From the NCBI GenBank assembly GCA_964461265.1, contig CAYWTS010000001.1, positions 2,199 through 66,198 on the forward strand: a DNA stretch of 64,000 bases. Reading direction: 5' to 3'. Within the stretch, counting starts at the first letter, position 1, and each line of letters begins with the position of its first letter. This document shows, in pieces, positions 57,901-64,000 of this stretch. Source of the stretch: an uncultured Ignavibacteriales bacterium (GTDB lineage: Bacteria > Bacteroidota > Ignavibacteria > Tepidaquicellales > OLB5). The notes under the pieces are model-generated. The model ran no database searches, was not told the origin of the DNA, and saw nothing but the letters and a program-made list of their open reading frames with translations. The position numbers were made by a program, and so were the translations under genes.

Positions 57901-58639
57901 GAATATTTTGACGCCAGCACTCCTGAATGCCCTTAATATAAGTATTAGGACCGCCGAGCAGGAGCACCTGTGGTCTTAGTGTATGACCCCTTGTAAGCAC
58001 TGAAAGGTTCTGTTGAATAATCGATTCGAAAAGGCTTGCCATAAGCTCATCAGCTGGCACACCCGATTTTTGCAATCCGTTAATATCGGTTTCAGCAAAT
58101 ACACCACACTTACCTGCAACAGGGTGGAGTTTTAATCCTACATAACCCATGTTGCACAATTCGGATGCTGGAATTTTAAGCTTTGCATTAATTTTATCTA
58201 TTACTGCACCCGTACCGCCAGCACATTTATCATTCATTGATGGAATTTTCTTTTTCTTTCCGGATTCAGGGTCTTCCTTGAAGACAATGATTTTTGCATC
58301 CTGTCCGCCTAGCTCAATTACCGATAAACACTTTGGGTAGAATTTTTCGACTGCAAGCGATACAGCATTTACTTCTTGTACGAATTTGGCACCCACAAAA
58401 CGTCCTATGTTCGTGCCTCCTGAACCAGTAATAAAAACACGTGCATCGTTAATTGAGTCTTTGCTTAAACTTGACTCAATATTCTTAAGCAGTTCGAGGA
58501 TTTTTTCAGGTTGTTTGGTTTCATGCCGCTGGTAATCGGACCAGAGAATTTTATCCTCATCGATATTGATAACTACAGCTTTTACTGTAGTTGAACCGAT
58601 ATCGATACCTATGTAGAGCGGTGATTTTAGAATTGACAT
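54992..58639 (-). CDS. Fused double BcrAD/BadFG (HgdC-type) ATPase 'activase' with a C-terminal DUF2229-like region
   Basis: 1215 aa. Module 1 is LYIGIDIGSTTVKAV .. KCAGGTGAVIDK .. GKCGVFAETD. Module 2 is FIGIDGGSTSTKAAL .. TQCSAGNGYFLQ .. YGCAVFMQSD. A CYFCKNKC linker follows, and the C-terminal region contains SSFKCGHDAPIY. Confidence 0.8.
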   Translation of the reverse strand: MSILKSPLYIGIDIGSTTVKAVVINIDEDKILWSDYQRHETKQPEKILELLKNIESSLSKDSINDARVFITGSGGTNIGRFVGAKFVQEVNAVSLAVEKFYPKCLSVIELGGQDAKIIVFKEDPESGKKKKIPSMNDKCAGGTGAVIDKINAKLKIPASELCNMGYVGLKLHPVAGKCGVFAETDINGLQKSGVPADELMASLFESIIQQNLSVLTRGHTLRPQVLLLGGPNTYIKGIQECWRQNIPKMWEERNVQYDKSEPIEQLILVPENAQYFAAIGAVEYGKDEELNIGIYKGYKELEYYINYGRDEEKKKLLSLSGSGGLYKTEEELNIFKNKYTISTFKPARFDVNSVVCGFIGIDGGSTSTKAALLSENKEVLVKAYQLSKGNPIEDTVEILQKIRKQVEEQGARLEILGIGTTGYAKDILKDVLHADVALVETVAHTQAALHFYPQTDVIVDVGGQDIKLIILDKGRVKDFKLNTQCSAGNGYFLQSTAQGFGYAVEDFADIAFSAKQYPTFGYGCAVFMQSDIVDFQRQGWKPEEIMAGLANVLPKNIWLYVSQIPNLAKLGKNFVLQGGTQYNLAAVKSQVDFIADRFKDSGVEPNIYVHKHTGEAGAIGCAIEAARLYDNGKRTDFIGLDLVEKIIYKTTRNESTRCYFCKNKCLRTFIDVATDKQAQNFIENPDLKIPKESVANPESKVPMSVGTQRLIIATCEKGTVEDLNSMKQIKKGLDAIKEATPNLVEWAAIEVFKSQQPRIVRDKIPKPTKTQIIKFKIDKKAGEKFNKFIKLAKMREKIVIGIPRVLNMYQHTPFFTAYFESLGIKPGNIVYSEYTSEELYKEGAKRGAIDPCFPSKVGIPHIHNLVYKIHRKKKLDYIFLPIVDTMPSELTFAQAHHACPTVTATSESIKAAFTKESDLFRENNIIYVNTYLRLTEPKLCAKQMFSEWSDKFGLSKEENDLAVEEAYRALDKFNTEMKRKARDAIEIMEREDKIGIVVLARPYHNDPGLNHEILEEFQKLGYPVLNQDSLPTDKDILEKLFGDEVRAGIIKAPMDISDVWKNSYSENTSRKIWAAKFTARHPNLVALELSSFKCGHDAPIYTVIEEIITSCGTPYFSFKDIDENKPAGSIKIRIETIHYFLKRYREDMIAKKKKVLTIDEKLKEFEEKIRKQFELMSNLQKLNGYKNGNNGSMNGGLTEIDMSKLKKHEEKVLVL

Positions 58640-58681
58640 ATGATTTACAACAATTTATTACTTAATTAATGAATGATAATC

Positions 58682-60496
58682 TTAAACTGCTGATTCTTTT
58701 TTCCGGGTATTTGCGATAGGTCTGATTCCTTCATCTTTCATTCTATCAGCAACATGCATAATGAAATTTGCTGCAACACTTACTACACCTTTTGTATGCG
58801 GAATTTGGTAAAAAGGCTTTCTTAGCTCATCATGCGATTCAATATAAGTTTTAATTTCTTCCAGTGTGTAACCCGTATTTTCAAGACATTCTCTGAATTC
58901 GCTTTTTGCTTTAGACTTTGCTTCACCCAGTGCCATTTGAACACGAGAATAAGCATTAATGTCACCTTCACCCGAGGTTTCGACAGGAAGATAAATCATA
59001 TCTTTATATTGTGATGTAACCACAGACTGAACGCCATCCGATTGTGTTGAAGGCATACATCCAAACGGTTTTAACGAAAGAACCATATGGCATAAGGCTT
59101 TATTTGAATAATAAATGTTTTTAGCTACTTCAAGATGACCTTCGCCTCCTTCTACACGGGAATTATAGAAAGGATGCCCGACTCTCTGCAACTCGAGCTG
59201 GTTCACTAATGCGTGAGGTAAGTTTTTGAATACTTTACGTATTCTGTTATATTCTCTCTCGAATACACGCTCAGCAATGGATATAACCAAAATAGTTTTT
59301 TTATAATCTGTGTAATTTTTAAATTTTTTAAAAATCTGGTATCGTTTCGGGTTAGGTTCATTTTCTTTGATACCTTTCCTGTCACTGTACATATTCTTTG
59401 CCTGGTGAAGCATATATAAAATCCAGGTTGCAATAGGTTCAACAAGAACCTGGGCACCTTCTCTTTCGAGGAATGGGAACATGTTGAAATTACCGTCGCC
59501 TTCGGTTGTCTGCGCCCAGAATTCGCCTGTAACTTTTACAATCGGCTTAATGCGGGTTCTATCGATTTTTATTTCATTAAATTTATTTTTTATTTCCTTA
59601 ATAGTTTCTATATAAAAATCACTCATTAACTGGTCAACAAACCGCTGGATGTAATTTGAGGCAGGCAATTTCCTTAATAATGCACCAATTTTAGTATTAA
59701 ATTGGAAATATCTTTTTTGTTTCATACGTTCATACATAATATCCATACATTCTTTAAGAACTTTATCAGTCTCACCTGGATTTTTTTCATAAGGCCTTAT
59801 TTGGTAAGCTACATCATTAATAATGTCACCAATATTCATTGCATTCAATATGCCAAGGAAAAAATCGAGGTTCATTTCAAGACCTGCTTCAACTTCTTCC
59901 TGTTCGAGCCCGCCTGTTTGCTGGAATATCAGTATTCTGAAACCATCGTATCCTGAATTACGAAGAGCAAGCCTGTATTCAGCTTCATACATTCCAAAGC
60001 GGCAGGGTCCGCAAGCCCCTGCTGTGAAGAATACATATTTATCGATTATCTCTTGTTTTGTCAGACCCTGTGCTTCCAAACCCTGTAAATACTGTATAAG
60101 ATTTCCGACTGTAAAATAGGTTGGGTTACACTGTCCGTTATTGCCGTATTCACGTCCAAGCTGGAAAGCTTTTTTATCGGGTGTTGGGATTTCTGATACT
60201 TTATAACCTAAACCTTCAAGCACACCGCGTATAAGCTTTTCATGTTTCCATGTTAGTCCGCCGAAAAGGATTGTAGTAGTATCCCTCTGGCTTTTTGTAA
60301 AAGCACTTTCAAGCGGTTTTTTGAAATGGTCGATGGGTTTAGAGTCAATTCCATATTCTTTCTCAAGTCTTATTTTTTCTTCAAGAATAAGACGCTGGAT
60401 TTCAGATTCATGAGCGATATTATTTAGAGAACTGTTTTGAGGGAACTGTATAGTGATTGGTTTTCCGCTTACGGCGGTTTGATGTGTAGTTTCCAT
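58682..60496 (-). CDS. DUF2229-type (acyl-CoA dehydratase activase-related) protein, unknown substrate
   Basis: 604 aa. FTAGACGPCRFGMYEAEYRLALRNSGYDGFRILIF and SLKPFGCMPSTQSDG are the motifs I associate with the 'CoA enzyme activase uncharacterised domain' family. Confidence 0.65.
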   Translation of the reverse strand: METTHQTAVSGKPITIQFPQNSSLNNIAHESEIQRLILEEKIRLEKEYGIDSKPIDHFKKPLESAFTKSQRDTTTILFGGLTWKHEKLIRGVLEGLGYKVSEIPTPDKKAFQLGREYGNNGQCNPTYFTVGNLIQYLQGLEAQGLTKQEIIDKYVFFTAGACGPCRFGMYEAEYRLALRNSGYDGFRILIFQQTGGLEQEEVEAGLEMNLDFFLGILNAMNIGDIINDVAYQIRPYEKNPGETDKVLKECMDIMYERMKQKRYFQFNTKIGALLRKLPASNYIQRFVDQLMSDFYIETIKEIKNKFNEIKIDRTRIKPIVKVTGEFWAQTTEGDGNFNMFPFLEREGAQVLVEPIATWILYMLHQAKNMYSDRKGIKENEPNPKRYQIFKKFKNYTDYKKTILVISIAERVFEREYNRIRKVFKNLPHALVNQLELQRVGHPFYNSRVEGGEGHLEVAKNIYYSNKALCHMVLSLKPFGCMPSTQSDGVQSVVTSQYKDMIYLPVETSGEGDINAYSRVQMALGEAKSKAKSEFRECLENTGYTLEEIKTYIESHDELRKPFYQIPHTKGVVSVAANFIMHVADRMKDEGIRPIANTRKKESAV

Positions 60497-60538
60497 AATT
60501 CCTTCCTTTAGTTATGGTTTAAACTTTATTAAAGAATT

Positions 60539-61888
60539 CTATTTTACTATTTTTTTTAATATTTCATTAACACATATTTTGCTGCTTTTCACAGCACTCT
60601 CAATTGTAGCAGGAAGCCCGGTATCCGTCCAGTCTCCTGCTATGTAAAAGTTACTTAATTTAGTTATTTGTCCCGGTCTTGAATTAAGTGAATCATTATC
60701 CGGTATAAACGTAGCCCGCTTTTCCTTTAATACTCTTGCAGATTTTATTTTTACATTCATCAAAGCCGGATAACAATGAAACAATTCGCGTTTTGTAAAC
60801 TGAATTATATCTTCCTTGTTAAATTTTGCGACTTCACCTGCTCTGCTGATAACCAGACATAAATGGTCATTTTTTATCCTGAATATCCATTGTATTGTTG
60901 AATCCAATACACCTGTAAAATTATTTTTAATAATGTTATCAATCTCTGATTCGAATTTAAAATAAATATTGACTATTTCCGAATTTTTTAATTCATCAAC
61001 AAATTTAAATGAAGAATCATAAATATTTTCTCCTATTAAGCTTTTAAATTCCCAAAAGGGGACTGCTGAAATAAAATAATCAGTATTAATAAATGAGCTA
61101 TCCTGTAATTCAGCTGATTCAACTTTATCATTTTTAATGTGAAGTTTTTTAACTCTGGTATTAAGCTTTATTTCTGTTCCTTTAAGATTTAAATATTCAG
61201 TTGCTGGTTCTATGTATAATCTGCCTAAAGTTGATAAGGGCAAAACAAGTCTTGAATTTCCTCTTTTTAAAAGTCCGGTTTTGAGCAAATTAACAAACAA
61301 TTTTGCGGATGTTTCATGTGACTTTGCATTAAACACAGCAATTATTAACGGATTCCAGAAAAAATGAATTATCCCCGTAGTTTGACCCGATAATTTTAAA
61401 TATTCTTCGGCAGTCAAATTAACTAAACTTTCATTAAATTTGTTTAACCCAATTGCTGTAATTAATCTAAAGATTGATAGTTTATCGTTAAAGCTTAATG
61501 CATTATATCTCAGTATCCCGAAAAACAGATTTAATAATGGAAATAGTGCTGTACATTTAAAATAAGCACAGCTGGAATCTTGTTTTATAAAACGAACCGA
61601 AAGTTGTTTTTGAAAATACAGCTTATTAGAGCTGCCGATAATTTCAAGGAACTCGAATGTATTTTTATACCATCCTGCTAGAATATGCTGTCCATTATCT
61701 ACGGTATCTTCTAAAATATCATCAAAATAACTATATGCCCTGCCCCCGAGTTTACCGGAGGCTTCTATTAATATAACTTTAAAATTTTTACGAGCTAAAA
61801 ATACCGCTGCCGATAAACCCGCTGCTCCGCCTCCGATAATAGTTACACTGGGATGTGATAATTTTTTATCCATTTTATCTGTAAGCAA
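60539..61888 (-). CDS. hpnE: Hydroxysqualene dehydroxylase (FAD-dependent amine-oxidase fold)
   Basis: FAD-binding N-terminus VTIIGGGAAGLSAAVFLARKNFKVILIEASGKLGGRAYS, then DNGQHIL and C-terminal FYIAGDWTDTGLPATIESAVKSS. It sits after hpnC and hpnD. Confidence 0.8.
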   Translation of the reverse strand: MLTDKMDKKLSHPSVTIIGGGAAGLSAAVFLARKNFKVILIEASGKLGGRAYSYFDDILEDTVDNGQHILAGWYKNTFEFLEIIGSSNKLYFQKQLSVRFIKQDSSCAYFKCTALFPLLNLFFGILRYNALSFNDKLSIFRLITAIGLNKFNESLVNLTAEEYLKLSGQTTGIIHFFWNPLIIAVFNAKSHETSAKLFVNLLKTGLLKRGNSRLVLPLSTLGRLYIEPATEYLNLKGTEIKLNTRVKKLHIKNDKVESAELQDSSFINTDYFISAVPFWEFKSLIGENIYDSSFKFVDELKNSEIVNIYFKFESEIDNIIKNNFTGVLDSTIQWIFRIKNDHLCLVISRAGEVAKFNKEDIIQFTKRELFHCYPALMNVKIKSARVLKEKRATFIPDNDSLNSRPGQITKLSNFYIAGDWTDTGLPATIESAVKSSKICVNEILKKIVK

Positions 61889-62726
61889 GCCGATATTTTA
61901 AAAATACACCAACTGTATAAAAAAGCTTCTTGATACCCGATACTTTAATCTTTTTTCTGAAAACATTATAATTCATTCGTTCAATCTTTTTAAGTATATC
62001 GAAATAAACTTTTTGCATAATACGAGCTGGGAAAAGTAATCTTCTGTCAACTTCTGTAAAGCAATTATTCGCTTTTTCAAAATATTCACGTGCTCTTTTA
62101 CATTCAAATTCCATTAATTCAACGAATGAATGGTTATACCTGGAATTATTCAGGTCGTCTTCTGAGTAACCGAATTTTTTTAAGTCCTCTTCCGGGATAT
62201 ATATTCTGCCGTTATAAGCGTCGTATTGGATATCCCTGAGTATATTGGTTAGCTGCAGTGCTATTCCGAGGTTAACAGCATATTCTCTTGCACAAGTTGT
62301 CTTATTTCCGAAAATTTCTATTGATATTAAACCTACAGTAGCCGCTACACGGTAACAATACTGATATAGTGTTTCAAAGTCTTTATATCTTGATGTTTGC
62401 AGGTCCTGTTCAACACCTTTTATAAGTTCAAAAAAAGGTTCTACAGGTATATTAAATTTTTTAATTATATGATTCAAATAGTTTAACAGGGGGTAGGAGG
62501 ATTTACCCTGCAACGCTTTTTCGAATTCTTTTCTCCACTCCCTTAGCTTTTTAAATTTTATCTCCTTAGAATCGGTATCGTTATCGGCAATATCATCGGT
62601 TGTTCTGCAAAATGCATATAGGGCATTCATTGCGTCACTTTTTTCTTTTGAAAGCAAACGAACCGAATAAATAAAATTGGATTTACTGCGTTCAGTAATT
62701 TCAATATGTTCCCTGGTACCAGTCAA
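61875..62726 (-). CDS. hpnD: Presqualene diphosphate synthase (squalene/phytoene synthase family)
   Basis: SNFIYSVRLLSKEKSDAMNALYAFCRTTDDIADN (first Asp-rich motif), LQLTNILRDIQYDAYNGRIYIP (second motif), and paralogy plus order relative to hpnC. Confidence 0.8.
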   Translation of the reverse strand: MTGTREHIEITERSKSNFIYSVRLLSKEKSDAMNALYAFCRTTDDIADNDTDSKEIKFKKLREWRKEFEKALQGKSSYPLLNYLNHIIKKFNIPVEPFFELIKGVEQDLQTSRYKDFETLYQYCYRVAATVGLISIEIFGNKTTCAREYAVNLGIALQLTNILRDIQYDAYNGRIYIPEEDLKKFGYSEDDLNNSRYNHSFVELMEFECKRAREYFEKANNCFTEVDRRLLFPARIMQKVYFDILKKIERMNYNVFRKKIKVSGIKKLFYTVGVFLKYRLAYR

Positions 62727-63589
62727 ACAGTTTGAAAAAATAATTTAATAAAATCAGTTTTCTTTAACTTTAGTCTTTTCCCGAATATATTATAATTAAC
62801 AGTCTTTATTTTTTTTAATATTTCTCTGCCGCCGAGCCATGTAAGACGCAATTCATGGTAAAGACGCTTTGATGAGCCATAATCTTTAATAATACCTATT
62901 AGCTCCTTGCCTTCGTCAAATAATTTATATGTTCTGGCAACTTCAAATTTCATTAACTCAATAAAACAATTATCATATTCACGGGCAAGTAATTTCTGCT
63001 CATTATAGCCAAATCTTAACATATCATCTTCAGGCAAGTAAATTCTGTCTTTTTCTAAATCAATTGCTACATCCTGCAAGAAATTTGTAAGCTGAAGTGC
63101 TGTGCATATTTTATCAGACAATTTAAACCATTCTTCATTCTTTTCACCGAAAATCATCAGCACCAGACGTCCTACCGGGTTAGCAGAGTATTGACAGTAC
63201 CCAAGCACCTCATCGAATGATTTATACCTGTGTACCGTAACATCTTCTTTGAATGCTTTTAAAAGATTACGAAGCGGTTCTACAGGTAAATTACAATCTT
63301 TTAAAGTTTTGTTTAATGCAATAAATATCGGGTCGTATGTTTTATCATTTAAACAGTCATCAAGTTTTTTTTCCCACTCATCTAATAAAGCTAATCTTTT
63401 ATAAATACCGCCTTCGATACCGGGTTCATCAGCGAAATCATCTGCTGCACGTGCAAAAGCATATATTGCGTGTATATATTTGCGTTTCTCATGCGGGATA
63501 AAAAATGATGCAACAGGAAAATTTTCATAATGTTTACGTGTAATTTCTTCACAATATTTGAAAGAGCTATTTATGAGATTATTGTTCAT
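62723..63589 (-). CDS. hpnC: Hydroxysqualene synthase (squalene/phytoene synthase family)
   Basis: HYENFPVASFFIPHEKRKYIHAIYAFARAADDFADE and LQLTNFLQDVAIDLEKDRIYLP. The ENFPVAS N-terminal motif distinguishes HpnC from HpnD. Confidence 0.8.
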   Translation of the reverse strand: MNNNLINSSFKYCEEITRKHYENFPVASFFIPHEKRKYIHAIYAFARAADDFADEPGIEGGIYKRLALLDEWEKKLDDCLNDKTYDPIFIALNKTLKDCNLPVEPLRNLLKAFKEDVTVHRYKSFDEVLGYCQYSANPVGRLVLMIFGEKNEEWFKLSDKICTALQLTNFLQDVAIDLEKDRIYLPEDDMLRFGYNEQKLLAREYDNCFIELMKFEVARTYKLFDEGKELIGIIKDYGSSKRLYHELRLTWLGGREILKKIKTVNYNIFGKRLKLKKTDFIKLFFQTV

Positions 63590-64000
63590 TTATCAGCAAA
63601 AATGAAACATCTTCAGATAAACACAAAGTCAAAAAATCAAACAATCATAATAGCAGGTTAAAGCCTGAAATAGGCCATTTTACCTTATTAGTTAAAAAAA
63701 TGTTAATTAAATAAGAAAAATGCAGGTTTTCAGATAAGTGTGCTTTGTTAGCATTAGCATATTATTATCTGAATCATTAGATAAATATTTTTGTTTTGCT
63801 CTGGTTGAACAGAGTATACTGTGAAGCTTCGATAATAGGGTATTAAAAGAAAAATTAAAGGATAATATAATAAGACATGTTAATATCAGTATTCCCGCGG
63901 TGGATCTTGAATTTGCGGGATCCGTCGGGTCAAAATAAAATGCGAGAAGCAAAGATGTGATTACTGTAAAAATTATCATCCATAGGTGAGTACGATAGCC

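Noticed and set aside
63707-63979. 90-aa minus-strand ORF at the right edge
   Set aside because: The translation is hydrophobic and low-complexity, with no recognisable family and no supporting signals. The region could equally be promoter or spacer upstream of hpnC. There is too little evidence to list it as a gene.

Overview
This is a gene-dense, low-GC chromosomal segment (roughly one-third GC by eye). It most likely comes from a bacterium of the Bacteroidota/Chlorobi/Ignavibacteria (FCB) group. That placement is an inference from three things: four secreted proteins end in the T9SS type-A C-terminal sorting domain (..NYPNPFNP..YFYK..TKKM.LLK), Shine-Dalgarno sites are mostly absent, and TAnnTTTG boxes recur upstream of genes.

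Most of the window is housekeeping:
- livM (partial), ilvE, a 2-oxoacid dehydrogenase E2 plus lipA, hflX and gcdH
- yicC-gmk-rpoZ-coaBC-udg-dnaB, acpS, hisS and lgt
- rpmH-rnpA-yidD-yidC, queD-queE-queC, etfBA, coaX and yjbQ
- RNA genes: tRNA-Val(TAC), tRNA-Gly(CCC), tRNA-Arg(CCT) and a tmRNA

I saw no rRNA, CRISPR array, transposase or integrase.

Items worth a second look:
1. A 600-bp cassette holds a small GIY-YIG nuclease gene bracketed by a pair of perfect 23-bp inverted hairpin repeats. It sits in a small accessory islet with a Y-family DNA polymerase and a HepT toxin remnant.
2. A tight five-gene minus-strand string joins squalene synthesis (hpnC-hpnD-hpnE) to a function-unknown pair: a DUF2229-type protein and a double HgdC/BcrAD-type ATPase 'activase'.
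3. rnpA is split by a frameshift inside an A10 run.
4. A stand-alone RapZ C-terminal domain gene starts 7 nt after tRNA-Gly.
5. An SDR gene's homology extends upstream of any canonical start codon, directly after tRNA-Arg.
6. A P-loop kinase pseudogene carries three lesions.
7. Two secreted BNR-repeat genes are tandem diverged paralogs.
8. A 1367-aa multi-pass NtrY-type sensor kinase has no partner regulator nearby.

All calls come from reading the translations and sequence by eye. No database search or computation was run.
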